Shown here: one piece after another, positions 30,241 to 39,954 of the stretch
How the letters are laid out: every line of letters starts with the position of its first letter
How positions within the stretch are numbered: the stretch's first letter is position 1
DNA from: Sulfolobales archaeon HS-7
GTDB lineage: Archaea > Thermoproteota > Thermoprotei_A > Sulfolobales > Sulfolobaceae
Direction of reading: 5' to 3'
NCBI GenBank assembly: GCA_019704295.1
Contig: AP024596.1
Coordinates: 1,664,001 to 1,728,000, forward strand
DNA: 64,000 nt
The notes under the pieces: generated by a model
Told to the model about the DNA's origin: nothing
Seen by the model: the letters and a program-made list of their open reading frames with translations, nothing else
Databases searched by the model: none
Translations under genes and position numbers: made by a program

Positions 30241-30855
30241 TTATTTAGATATAAAAAGATCTCCCCTCCTCTTGAAATCCTTACTTAACCTATCAGCCTC
30301 CTTGAGGCATTCAGGATAACCTCTTCTTCCGAAATCCAAAACGGATTCGAAATCGACTAGGTTACCTATAGAGTAATAATATTTTCCAAACTTTACACCT
30401 ACTCTTTCTCCTTCAACTAAAATTACCTCCACACCGTTCTCCTTTACAACTTCCCCGTATAATTTCGACTTGGCTACTCCTATTACTGGTTTTTTCAAGA
30501 TAACTCCTAGAGTCGTCGCTAATCCCGCCTTACGAGGATGTGTAAGACCGTGACCATCTACAAGTATTACATCACAGTCCTTTTCCCTAAGTGACTCAAA
30601 AAGCAACGGCCCCTCTCTAAAGGAAAGGAGGCCAGTCCTATAGGGAAACTTCACCTCCCTCTTAGAACCGAACACTGTTCTCTTTCCCTCCTTTTCTACC
30701 ACCGTAACGACAAAGGCTTGATCACCATTATACGCTACGTCACAACAACAAATCGTAGACATTTCTGAGAGGTTTAAGTGCCTTTTCTCCACGCTTTTGC
30801 CTATTATTTTTTGAATTTCAATTAGGAAAGAAATGAATTCACTTCCTAAATACAT
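30241..30855 (-). CDS. nfi: Endonuclease V
   Basis: DVAY, FPY..GLLSFRE, LVDGHGLTHPR, GVAKS. Confidence 0.92.
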   Translation of the reverse strand: MYLGSEFISFLIEIQKIIGKSVEKRHLNLSEMSTICCCDVAYNGDQAFVVTVVEKEGKRTVFGSKREVKFPYRTGLLSFREGPLLFESLREKDCDVILVDGHGLTHPRKAGLATTLGVILKKPVIGVAKSKLYGEVVKENGVEVILVEGERVGVKFGKYYYSIGNLVDFESVLDFGRRGYPECLKEADRLSKDFKRRGDLFISK

Positions 30856-31309
30856 TGCGTACTATCCTCTCTAGATTAATGAGGAAGTACTCCTGTGTTA
30901 CTGTTTGTATTGCCCCAGGTCTGATTAGTCGTATTCTCTCTATTGCAGTTTGAGCGTTAATTCCCTTGAATATCAGGTAGGCCGCTAGAACGGTACCGGT
31001 TCTGCCCATCCCCCCTAGGCAGTGAATTAAAGTTCTCTTACCCTGTTCAAGATATTGAACGATCTCGAGGGACTGTTCTACAGAGGGAGCTCCTCCATCC
31101 GCGATCGGAAATCTCAAAAGTTCGATTCCCCTTTTATTAAGTTCCCTCCTATAATTGAATACGCTCCCCCAAACTTCCTCTAATTCCTCGTCGGTTACGA
31201 GAGACACCACTCTGTCTATCCTTTTCCTTTTAATGTAGTTTAGATCGTTAGGGTTAGCCGGAACATCAGATCCTGCTATTCTATCATTAAGCCAAAATAA
31301 GTTCATCAT
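30839..31309 (-). CDS. Dual-specificity / tyrosine protein phosphatase
   Basis: HCLGGMGRTG P-loop. Confidence 0.92.
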   Translation of the reverse strand: MMNLFWLNDRIAGSDVPANPNDLNYIKRKRIDRVVSLVTDEELEEVWGSVFNYRRELNKRGIELLRFPIADGGAPSVEQSLEIVQYLEQGKRTLIHCLGGMGRTGTVLAAYLIFKGINAQTAIERIRLIRPGAIQTVTQEYFLINLERIVRNVFRK

Positions 31310-31348
31310 CGAACATCTCAGTAGATCCGCTGTTCTTCACCGACTCAG
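31284..31348 (-). ncRNA. C/D box sRNA, boundaries ambiguous
   Basis: Minus: CTGA-gtcg-GTGAAGA-ACAGCGGATCTA-CTGA-gatgttcg-ATGATGA-15 nt-ATGA. Confidence 0.55.
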
Positions 31349-31377
31349 CAAAAACGTATACCCCTATTAGGTTAAAT

Positions 31378-31767
31378 TCATGCAGTTATACATTGCATTA
31401 TCTGTTCAGATATCTCCTTTACTTTTTCCTCTGCCATACTTCTTGCCATATTAGCCATAGGACCTGATATGTCGACTTCCGCACTCCACTTTACAGGTGT
31501 GGAAAATTCCAACGTCGTATTAACCTTTATCACTAACCCTGGAGCATTAATCAGTACTTTTGAGACACACCGCTCATCGGAACATGAGAACTCTTCCACA
31601 TTACCGTTTAGCTCTACTTTCAGGAAACCCATGTTGGCCTCGGCATAAAACTTGTCCCCATTAACGCTTTTGATTCCAGGAATGCATTGTATAAATGCGT
31701 TTTTGTTTGTAGCCTTCTGCTTTGTAGAATTCAAGTCCTTTACGTTTAGAACTCCAGAGTACTTCAT
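31378..31767 (-). CDS. CoxG/SRPBCC-like protein
   Basis: CIPGIK motif shared with neighbour; likely start ATG 31767 (ATGA overlap). Confidence 0.7.
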   Translation of the reverse strand: MKYSGVLNVKDLNSTKQKATNKNAFIQCIPGIKSVNGDKFYAEANMGFLKVELNGNVEEFSCSDERCVSKVLINAPGLVIKVNTTLEFSTPVKWSAEVDISGPMANMARSMAEEKVKEISEQIMQCITA

Positions 31768-32198
31768 GATTCCTGCACCTTTTGGGCAATACAATTAAAA
31801 AGGTCTTCTATTATTGAACCGGCAGCGCTGTTCATAACTCTAGCTCCCAAAGAAGCTAAAGTTCCTCCAATCCTTAAGTCGGCCTTCCAACTCACGATTA
31901 CTGGGTTATTTCCAGACAGCTCTAAGACCGCGTTAAGATCAATCGTACCTCCCATTCCGTTCCCTCTGGCAACAAGTGAAAGCCTTTGCAATGGCGTTAC
32001 GTCAGAGTACTTAAACGTAGCGGAGTAATCCCCTTTAAGCAAACCTATTCCCACCCTACCACTTACCTTATACTGCTCTCCCTCCTTCGAAATAGACTTT
32101 ATCCCAGGGAAACATTGTGACACTTTCTCTGGTTGGGTGAGAAAATCCCACAGCTTATTTATTTCTACCTTTACTTCATTTTTTCCCTCAAAGTTCAT
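31764..32198 (-). CDS. coxG: CoxG/SRPBCC family protein
   Basis: LWDFLTQPE..QCFPG; IGGTLASLGARVM. Confidence 0.85.
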   Translation of the reverse strand: MNFEGKNEVKVEINKLWDFLTQPEKVSQCFPGIKSISKEGEQYKVSGRVGIGLLKGDYSATFKYSDVTPLQRLSLVARGNGMGGTIDLNAVLELSGNNPVIVSWKADLRIGGTLASLGARVMNSAAGSIIEDLFNCIAQKVQES

Positions 32199-32225
32199 AG
32201 GTAAGTTCTCTAATTTCTAGATTAA

Positions 32226-32792
32226 ATGCAAATCGGAGTTGTAGTCCTAGCTGCTGGACAGTCCAAGAGATTTGGCAGTAACAAAATGTTGGCTGAAATA
32301 AGAGGAGTTCCGATCATTAAATGGACGTTAAGCATTTATCAAGGATTTGAAAGAGTGATTATAGTTGGGAAAGACGCAGGGAAAATGCTTGAACTTTTGA
32401 AAAACGAAGTCGTGATTTACAACCCGACCTACGAAAAAGGGATGAGTACTTCTCTAAAACTGGGCATTAAGTTTTTCCATGATAAACACGGTATTCTCGT
32501 AGCCTTAGGTGACATGCCATTTATCAAGAGAGAAACTGTAAGTAAAATCTTGGGGTCTTTTTCCCTAGAGTGTTCAGCAGTTGTCCCCGTATATTCAAAT
32601 ATTCCAGGAAATCCAGTGTTATTAGGTAAAAGGATATTCCAAAGCGTGTTGACACTTGAAGGGGATAGAGGTGCAAAGAAACTCCTCGAGGAGAGAAAAG
32701 ATGTATGCTTTATAGACGTCGATGATGATGGTGTTACGCTAGACGTAGATACTCCTGAGGATTTTGCCTTATTTTTTCAGCGGCAAGTTTGA
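32226..32792 (+). CDS. mocA: Molybdenum cofactor cytidylyltransferase (MocA-like)
   Basis: [31 protein letters not shown]. Confidence 0.85.
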   Translation: MQIGVVVLAAGQSKRFGSNKMLAEIRGVPIIKWTLSIYQGFERVIIVGKDAGKMLELLKNEVVIYNPTYEKGMSTSLKLGIKFFHDKHGILVALGDMPFIKRETVSKILGSFSLECSAVVPVYSNIPGNPVLLGKRIFQSVLTLEGDRGAKKLLEERKDVCFIDVDDDGVTLDVDTPEDFALFFQRQV

Positions 32793-33258
32793 TGGCTTCT
32801 ACAATGTTCTGATAGCCCGTGCATCTGCATAGATTTCCAGATATTCCCTCCCTTATCTCCTGTTCCGTCGGATTTTGATTATGCTTTAGAAACCAGTAGG
32901 CTTGCAATATCATACCAGGCGTGCAATATCCGCACTGTAACCCGTGCTTTTCCCAAAATGCCTCCTGAATAGGGTGTAGTTTACCATCTTTTGCCATTCC
33001 CTCGATAGTAAGTATTTCAGAACCATCAGCTTCAACTGCCAGCAAAGTGCATGATTTCACTGACTTACCATTAAGTATTACAGTACAGGCACCGCAGTTA
33101 GAGGTATCACATCCTACGTGAACTCCCGTATATCCGAGATCCCTTAGCACGTGTACGAGCAACCGCCTTGGTTCTACCTCAACCTCTTGTTCCTCTCCAT
33201 TTACCTTTAATTTAATCTTAACTTTGTCGTTCTGAGTGTAGACTTTCATGACTTTCAC
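32734..33258 (-). CDS. cutC: Mo-hydroxylase small 2Fe-2S subunit
   Basis: [26 protein letters not shown]. Confidence 0.93.
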   Translation of the reverse strand: MKVMKVYTQNDKVKIKLKVNGEEQEVEVEPRRLLVHVLRDLGYTGVHVGCDTSNCGACTVILNGKSVKSCTLLAVEADGSEILTIEGMAKDGKLHPIQEAFWEKHGLQCGYCTPGMILQAYWFLKHNQNPTEQEIREGISGNLCRCTGYQNIVEAIKLAAEKIRQNPQEYLRLA

Positions 33259-34106
33259 CTCTCAAGAGCTTCCTTTAAAGCTCTCTTAGTCATTACTTTC
33301 ACCATTTTCTTTTTGTATTCTACGGAACCCCTTATGTCCGCTGTTGGATTTGAAACCTTCATAGCTTCTTCTCCTGCCTTATCGAGTAGTTCGTCTGACG
33401 GCTTGTTACCTTTAAGTAATTCCTCTGCTTCCTTCGCTCTAATTGCTTTAGGTCCCACAGAAGTAAGACCTATCCTTACATCCTCTATCTCCTCTCCATT
33501 CATCTTGATCAAAACTGCTACTCCCACAATTGCGTAATCCCCAGCCCTTCTCTCAAGTTTCCTATATCTGTATTTATAGGCTGGCAACTTCGGAATAACG
33601 ATCTCTTGCACTAACTCCCCTTGCTTTAAGTCGGTTGTGAAAACGTCTTTCTGAAAACTCGAGAAAGGTACGTCCCTGACTCCCCCTCTATTTCTTATCC
33701 TAACTATAGCGTCGAGAGCTATCAGAGACGCAGGATAGTCTGCAGCGGGATCCGAATTAGAGACAACGCCCCCTATCGTACCCATATTCCTCACTTGTGG
33801 ATCAGCGACAACTGAGGCAGCCTCCGAAAGTAAAGGTACGTTTTTATTGATAATATCGTTTGTATTCAACTCGAAGTGAGTTACTAACGCACCAATAGAG
33901 ACAGTATCTTTCCCGTCATTAACGAAATGAAGTTCCTTTAAGCCCCTAATGTTTACTAGATAGGATGGTCTAATTATTCTCAGCTTTAACATGGGGATCA
34001 AGCTATGTCCCCCGGCTAATGGTCTTGCGTCCTGTTCTTTTTCTAGAAACTCAAGGACCTCGTCCATCGATTCAGGAATTACGTAACCGAACTTAGGTGG
34101 ATACAT
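33255..34106 (-). CDS. cutB: Mo-hydroxylase FAD subunit
   Basis: [24 protein letters not shown]. Confidence 0.93.
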   Translation of the reverse strand: MYPPKFGYVIPESMDEVLEFLEKEQDARPLAGGHSLIPMLKLRIIRPSYLVNIRGLKELHFVNDGKDTVSIGALVTHFELNTNDIINKNVPLLSEAASVVADPQVRNMGTIGGVVSNSDPAADYPASLIALDAIVRIRNRGGVRDVPFSSFQKDVFTTDLKQGELVQEIVIPKLPAYKYRYRKLERRAGDYAIVGVAVLIKMNGEEIEDVRIGLTSVGPKAIRAKEAEELLKGNKPSDELLDKAGEEAMKVSNPTADIRGSVEYKKKMVKVMTKRALKEALER

Positions 34107-34425
34107 TACTTTAACTAACGTTACGCCAAATATAAATGCTACATCTTTTTGTTATAGCTAGAATATATTTATTGAATATACTATTGATACTACATTATTA
34201 ATCACAGAGGAGATTTTCGGGGCGATCCACGCCTCCTTTGCGAATTTTGTATATTTCAGTAAACATAATAAATTAAATTCAATTTTACTGCAATCACTGG
34301 TAGGGATTTAAACTTAGCAATTTACTGTATTTCGTCTTAATTTCTCTTAAATTACAATTCGCGATTAACTCATGAACGGCCCAAGTTTAGACCCTCATGA
34401 GTTACATCTTTAACCTAACGGGAAG

Positions 34426-34596
34426 TTAAGGGGACGAAAGTCTCCCTTCCATGAGAGATGGGTAGTCCCTTATGGAAACGACTTTATTTTTATATATACA
34501 TGATCCTCCGAAGGATACCAGTCAACTCCTTATAGAGGTGTTCGCATGCTAGCATTGACCATACTCAAGATTTTTAGTCTGTGAACTCCTCCCATA
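34426..34596. mobile_element. Possible IS200/IS605 end remnants
   Basis: TTAA followed by hairpin GGGGAC-GAAA-GTCTCCC...GTAGTCCC (left-end-like); minus strand GGGAGGAGTTCAC at 34581..34593 (right-end-like). Recognised from memory of archaeal IS605 ends. Confidence 0.4.
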
Positions 34597-34632
34597 AGTT
34601 CAGATCTTTCACCCTCATAGTTTAGTGAGCTC

Positions 34633-36180
34633 TTACTCTACTATTCCAATTCCGCGCGTTCTTCCTTCCCTGAAAACGAAAATTTGCCCATTCTCCATAT
34701 ATTCGGGCCGATATAGGAATTCCATTCTCACATTCGACGAATCTCCTGCTCTCAACACTTTCTTCTCTATATTCTTAAACCTTACTGCCTGCCTTATCGT
34801 AACTAAATGTAATGTGGCAACATAGCCTTCCTTAATCGTAGTCGGATGATGTAGTAAGAACACTCTTGCGTCAAATTCCGTAGTTCCTCTCGACGGTCTA
34901 TAGATTATAACCATTCCCTTCCTTAGGGAATCCTTTTCTATTCCCTGTAAGGCAAAAGTGGCTATAATCTTCGCTTGTACTCTATCGACGAAAACCCTAT
35001 TTACTTGTATCCCCTTTACCCTAACCTTAACGAATTGACCCTCCTGCGAAGGACCCAAGTATACTTCTTGGTTCATTTGAATGCTTCCACGAACTAAAGT
35101 TGCAAGGACAACTACTCCAACCCCTTTTACATCGTAAATTTCATCTATATACGCTAGTAAACCTGACTCTGATGGCGTTTTCTTCGATTGGAGCAGATTC
35201 ATGAACCTGAGTAGGAGAGGAATGCCTTCGTAAGTCACATTTGACACCCTGAATATTGGAACAACTCTGTTTGTCCTCATTGAGCGGAATGCGTTATACA
35301 GATCTCCCTCCTCTTCAACCACATAGGCTAGCTTGTTTATGCCGGGCAGTTTTAGAACAGACTTTACCTCATTCACCACTTTTTCAACTCTCTCCTTATC
35401 GTATTTATCGATCTTAGTTACTACTACGAACATAGGAATTTTCAGAACCGACGTTAGTCCTAAATGCTCTCTTCCCATAGAGCTCAACCCGTCATCGCAT
35501 CCAACTGTTAACATGACGTAATCCGTTCCGTAGCCCATTAGTCCTTTTAGTGTAGTCCTAAGGTACTTTTCGTGCCCCGCCAAGTCAATTATTTTAATTA
35601 TTTTAGAAGAACGCAGGGTAATCTCCGCCTCGTCCAGTGGGTCCCTCATATTATGGTTTACGACCCTCCCCTCTTGATCAAATCCAAGAATTCGCATTCC
35701 AACAGCCGAAGTCCTACCGCTTACTACTTCGTGTAGGAACCTTGCAACTGCGTTTCTCAGAATGCCGTTTCCGTCGTCTTTCCTTCCTGTTATTAATGCA
35801 CCAAGTAAAGTCGTCTTCCCGGCGTTCACATGTCCAAGAACAGCCACGTGAATGGTTATGGGCAACTTCTCCTTAGTTCGTCTAATCAAAATCTCAGCAG
35901 CGTACATACCATGATTAACCTCTACTCTCCTCAATATAGAAACTTTAGCATTGATCACCTCTGCGACCTTCCCAAGTATTTCTACACTTCGAGTGAGTTC
36001 CACCTCCGTTATTCCCTTAACTTGACCATCATCCGACACTCCTAGAAAATAGATAGCCTCGCCTCCTCCCTCCTCCAACCTGTACTTCATCTGCGTTGCT
36101 AATCTCTCAAGTCTATCAACATTGTCTGCACTGAGAAGTAGTTTATACTCTATTGCTCCTTCGTCCCTCTCTGGCTCCAT
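34633..36180 (-). CDS. Translational GTPase, GTPBP1 family
   Basis: IEYK N-domain, GHVNAGKT, GRTS, DLAGHEKY, TKID, FREGRT. Confidence 0.92.
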   Translation of the reverse strand: MEPERDEGAIEYKLLLSADNVDRLERLATQMKYRLEEGGGEAIYFLGVSDDGQVKGITEVELTRSVEILGKVAEVINAKVSILRRVEVNHGMYAAEILIRRTKEKLPITIHVAVLGHVNAGKTTLLGALITGRKDDGNGILRNAVARFLHEVVSGRTSAVGMRILGFDQEGRVVNHNMRDPLDEAEITLRSSKIIKIIDLAGHEKYLRTTLKGLMGYGTDYVMLTVGCDDGLSSMGREHLGLTSVLKIPMFVVVTKIDKYDKERVEKVVNEVKSVLKLPGINKLAYVVEEEGDLYNAFRSMRTNRVVPIFRVSNVTYEGIPLLLRFMNLLQSKKTPSESGLLAYIDEIYDVKGVGVVVLATLVRGSIQMNQEVYLGPSQEGQFVKVRVKGIQVNRVFVDRVQAKIIATFALQGIEKDSLRKGMVIIYRPSRGTTEFDARVFLLHHPTTIKEGYVATLHLVTIRQAVRFKNIEKKVLRAGDSSNVRMEFLYRPEYMENGQIFVFREGRTRGIGIVE

Positions 36181-36247
36181 ATTTCCCAGGCTTATAAAGC
36201 CCCCACCTTTACTTCTGCTTTTTATCTTTTAAACATTATTATTAAGT

Positions 36248-36730
36248 ATGGGAAAGCTCGAGCTGATATATGAAGAGACTTTGGAGTGTCCAATTTGTCA
36301 TAACAAGACGCTTTTAGTGACTGATTACATCTACGATAGTGGGATCACAGGTAAGCTCTTACTTTCCTCCAGTTCTTGTTCTACCTGTGGGTATAAAGTG
36401 GCTAGTGAATCTCCCGTTGAAGTTAATGAGGAAAAGATTATAGAAATAAAAGTTAACAATGAAGATGACCTAGGCACGTTAGTTTACAGATCGGGTTTTG
36501 CAATGATAAGAATCCCAGAATTGGGACTGGAGGATTTCCCAGGAGGTTCGTCGCCTGGAGAGATCACGACAATTGAGGGTATTCTAGAAAGACTTATTGA
36601 GAACCTTAAGGACTTCGGAGATGTTTCCAAGTTAGAGCAGGCTATGCGTGGAGACATTAAATTTACAATAATAATAGAAGATCCTTACGGCTTAAGCTTT
36701 GCGATTAAAAAAAATATTACTCAATCTTGA
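36248..36730 (+). CDS. ZPR1 zinc finger protein
   Basis: CPIC...CSTCGY; ITTIEG; IEDPYGLS. Confidence 0.88.
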   Translation: MGKLELIYEETLECPICHNKTLLVTDYIYDSGITGKLLLSSSSCSTCGYKVASESPVEVNEEKIIEIKVNNEDDLGTLVYRSGFAMIRIPELGLEDFPGGSSPGEITTIEGILERLIENLKDFGDVSKLEQAMRGDIKFTIIIEDPYGLSFAIKKNITQS

Positions 36731-37241
36731 TTTCCTTGCCTTTAAATGACTGCTGTTTCTTCTTGAGATTAATTTCCAGAACACCGTTCTTGTATGTAGC
36801 TTTGACACTGTCCTCGTCCACCTCTGCGGGGAGTTCAACAGTCTTACTGTATTTCTTATCCTGTGCATCTGCAGTGATAAACAGCTTATCGCCATTTATA
36901 CTGACCTTAATCTTGTCCTTATCTGCGCCTGGAATTTCCGCCAGTACTCTAATGTCATTATCTTTTTCAATTATATCGACTAGTGGTTCCCTCTCGTTAC
37001 TTATTACAGGTTTGCTTCCAAGTCTCTTTACGTTACCGAATTCCTGAATCTGCGGTTTTCCATCAGGTCCTACGGTTACCCTGAATCCATACACGTAAGG
37101 TCCTATTTCTCCAGTTGATGAGGTGCTTGCTCTCCTCATAAGTTCCCTCTCAAACTCCTCGAATTCCTTCTGCATATCCTCAATCATCTCGTCGAAGTAA
37201 TCGAATATATCCCTAATCTTCTTGGGCATCGTGGTCACCAA
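36717..37241 (-). CDS. hsp20: Small heat shock protein
   Basis: GPYVYGF..TVGPDGKP, AEIPG, ATYKNGVLEI. Confidence 0.95.
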   Translation of the reverse strand: MVTTMPKKIRDIFDYFDEMIEDMQKEFEEFERELMRRASTSSTGEIGPYVYGFRVTVGPDGKPQIQEFGNVKRLGSKPVISNEREPLVDIIEKDNDIRVLAEIPGADKDKIKVSINGDKLFITADAQDKKYSKTVELPAEVDEDSVKATYKNGVLEINLKKKQQSFKGKEIKIE

Positions 37242-37339
37242 GTACTTCTGGCCTCTTAAGGAAATAAAGTTAACCGAACGAAAAAAATTTAAGTCAGAGC
37301 ACGTAATATTTATTTTTTAATAAAAAGAGAAGTGAATAA

Positions 37340-37391
37340 ATGATTAAAGCTCAGGCATCTGAGGAATGATGAATGCCCGACCCAAGGATGA
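37340..37391 (+). ncRNA. C/D box sRNA
   Basis: C ATGATTA - AAGCTCAGGCAT - D' CTGA - C' ATGATGA - ATGCCCGACCCAAGG - D ATGA. Confidence 0.7.
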
Positions 37392-37392
37392 A

Positions 37393-37794
37393 CTACGGTT
37401 GAATTAATTCAATTAGAACTCCGTTAGCGGATCGGGGATGGATGAAAACGGTTAGGTAATTTAAGGCTCCTCTCCTTGGGGTTTCATCTATGAAAGTATA
37501 ATTCGACTTCATCTTCTGAATGAATTCCCATATATTGGGGACTAGTATTGCAATATGATGTAGCCCTTCTCCTCTTTTGGTGAGGAATCTAGCAACGGGA
37601 TTGACTTCGTTATAATGAACGGGCTGGATTAGTTCTATCATGGAGTCCCCATTCCTCAAGAAAATAACTTTAATATCCCTGTCCTCTAAAACCCCGGACC
37701 ACGTTATGTCAAAGCCTAATGTTTCGTAAATTTTAGACGTCTTCTCCAAATTTTTAGTGGCTATTCCAACGTGATGAATTCCGGTACTCATCAT
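37393..37794 (-). CDS. mce: Methylmalonyl-CoA epimerase (VOC fold)
   Basis: HHVGIA, IELIQP, GEGLHHIA, FIHPRSANGVLIEL. Confidence 0.88.
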   Translation of the reverse strand: MMSTGIHHVGIATKNLEKTSKIYETLGFDITWSGVLEDRDIKVIFLRNGDSMIELIQPVHYNEVNPVARFLTKRGEGLHHIAILVPNIWEFIQKMKSNYTFIDETPRRGALNYLTVFIHPRSANGVLIELIQP

Positions 37795-37827
37795 ATGATT
37801 TTTAAGGTAGAACATTAATAGTTGATT

Positions 37828-37944
37828 ATGATAACTAACTCGATTGCTAACGTAGGGACAATAATTTACGCTTCAGCCTACCTTTCGTTACTCCTAGCAT
37901 CGATAGGTGCCGCTATAGTGCTAATAAATAGGAGGAAGACATAA
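37828..37944 (+). CDS. 38-aa single-pass membrane microprotein
   Basis: Not in ORF track. MITNSIANVGTIIYASAYLSLLLASIGAAIVLINRRKT. Confidence 0.55.
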   Translation: MITNSIANVGTIIYASAYLSLLLASIGAAIVLINRRKT

Positions 37945-38034
37945 CTAACCAGAATGTCCTAGGAAAACCTTAAAATATTACTTAGCGGGGCAAGGGAGAT
38001 TCAAAAAAGGGGGGTATAGGAGGTTAAAGAAAAG

Positions 38035-39954
38035 TTAACTTAGCAACGTGAGAAGATTACCTAATTGAAACGGATTTATATGTAGTATGTAGAAAAGGGA
38101 TAATTCCATGGCAAGGATAGAAGCTAAAGCTACTATAGAAACCTGAAAAACTCTAAAAGTACTTTTGGCAGTAGAATCGTAGGCTTTTGCGTATAAAATT
38201 CCAAAGATCACTCCTGTTTCAGCTATCATAAACTCTAGGGTAGGAAGCATTTGCTCAAGTACATTTCCAATGTGTGTAAAAGCTTGGAAGAAAGTCAATA
38301 TACCGGTAAGTCCGCCAAGCGAAACTGAGAAGCCTTGAGCAGAAGCTGTCTGTATCGTGGATTGGAGATCGGGTACTTGAACAAGAGACGATATTGTAAC
38401 CATGACGTACACGGTAAGTACTATTATTCCAGCTAGTAGGGCAGGAGCAAGTACGGTAGAACCTAGAAAAGCATATAGACTTTCCTTTTTCTTTTGCAAC
38501 GCATCATAATACGCATCCCCTATTTCAGAAAGTCGCCTTAAGACATCATATCTTAAAACTCCTTGCCTATCCATATCGATAAGGGATCTAAATACGGTCT
38601 TTGCCAACCACGAGTCGGAGTCAGGATAAACCTGACCTACTGTTACTGCCTCAGACAAGTAACTATCGATCATTCGGTTTATTTCCCTTCCAAACGCCTT
38701 GTTCCCCCTCAGTTTGGTTAATGCCGTATAAAGATTGTCTCCTGTAGACCTTATGTGCTCAGCTACAGACCTTAGAAATATTGGCATTTTCTCATCTGCC
38801 TCATTCTTCCATTTCATTCTTCGATATATCGGATAACCATAAACTGCCGTAAAAACCATTACGGGAAATAGAAATAACATCCATAACTGAACGGAAAACC
38901 GCAAAAAGTTCTCCAAAAGGAATATACCCGCAAACGTGCCCCCACCTAGGAATAAACCCCAAAACAGATTTCCCTTTATCTTAACGTCCTCCGGGGGAGA
39001 TTGAAAAACTAAGTAAAGAATCAATCCAATTCCTAATAACGGATACATAAAGAAGGCTATTGAATCAGCACCGTATATCGGATTGTTTTGAACAATGGCA
39101 AACCATATGGCAAGCATAGGGAGCATTAACAAAAAGAGTAACGAGAGTTCGCTCATGCTAGATGCGACCTTTCCAAATCTCTCCCACTTATCTCGAAGGA
39201 AGTCCATTACTTCGACTGTCATTCTGTCCAAATATGAGGATAGACTTCCTCCTATCTTAGATATTGATACAGAACCTGAGAGAATTCTTTCAAATATCGT
39301 TGATGGGTGATCTATTGCTTCTCTCATTACTGCATCGTCAGGTTGCATTGAGAATACTACGAAGTCCCTGTAAATTTTCTCAAATTCCCTAGATGATTCC
39401 GGAAGGGTGTCCTTCTCTCGCTTAAGCTGTTCAATCATTTTTATAACTCCAATCCCTAGCTGGGACATGCTCCACATCATAAGTGCCAGAATTGGTAATT
39501 CTTTCGACATTTGAGAGGATATATTATTTCTAATCTCGTAAGTTTTTACCCAAGGGTAAAATATTGTTAATGGGGACAACGCGGCGGAGGCTAAACCATA
39601 GTAAGGATTTCCCGTAAACACGTAAATAAAGATAGAGACTATTGCTACAAGGGGAAAACCCAATAATGTGTACCATTTAGCTTGGGACAGCCAAAGGTCA
39701 GGACTCTCAATAACCTTTGCTCTCTCTATTAGAGAGGCCATAACGTCAACCATATCCGAATTTCTATACTTAAACGATAAAACAGTTAAGAGGGTGGTGT
39801 AGATGGCTAAAGATGACAATATCGTGAATAGATATATATTTTTAACGAAATAAAGAAATATTATCGAGAGGGCTAAAAAGGTTGCAGTGAGGATCGTGCC
39901 AAGGGACGGATTGTAAATTTCTAATGAGAAACTTCTCTTCACTCCTCCTATCAC
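38035..39954 (-). CDS. Type IV pilus membrane platform protein (TadC/GspF-like)
   Basis: Two GspF-like repeats (ELPILA..., KMPIFLRSVAE...) separated by TM bundles; follows ATPase. Confidence 0.8.
   Translation of the reverse strand: MIGGVKRSFSLEIYNPSLGTILTATFLALSIIFLYFVKNIYLFTILSSLAIYTTLLTVLSFKYRNSDMVDVMASLIERAKVIESPDLWLSQAKWYTLLGFPLVAIVSIFIYVFTGNPYYGLASAALSPLTIFYPWVKTYEIRNNISSQMSKELPILALMMWSMSQLGIGVIKMIEQLKREKDTLPESSREFEKIYRDFVVFSMQPDDAVMREAIDHPSTIFERILSGSVSISKIGGSLSSYLDRMTVEVMDFLRDKWERFGKVASSMSELSLLFLLMLPMLAIWFAIVQNNPIYGADSIAFFMYPLLGIGLILYLVFQSPPEDVKIKGNLFWGLFLGGGTFAGIFLLENFLRFSVQLWMLFLFPVMVFTAVYGYPIYRRMKWKNEADEKMPIFLRSVAEHIRSTGDNLYTALTKLRGNKAFGREINRMIDSYLSEAVTVGQVYPDSDSWLAKTVFRSLIDMDRQGVLRYDVLRRLSEIGDAYYDALQKKKESLYAFLGSTVLAPALLAGIIVLTVYVMVTISSLVQVPDLQSTIQTASAQGFSVSLGGLTGILTFFQAFTHIGNVLEQMLPTLEFMIAETGVIFGILYAKAYDSTAKSTFRVFQVSIVALASILAMELSLFYILHINPFQLGNLLTLLS

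Noticed and set aside
32734-32792. 59-nt convergent overlap of mocA and cutC, one of several tail-to-tail overlaps
   Set aside because: Common in compact archaeal genomes; no sign of special function
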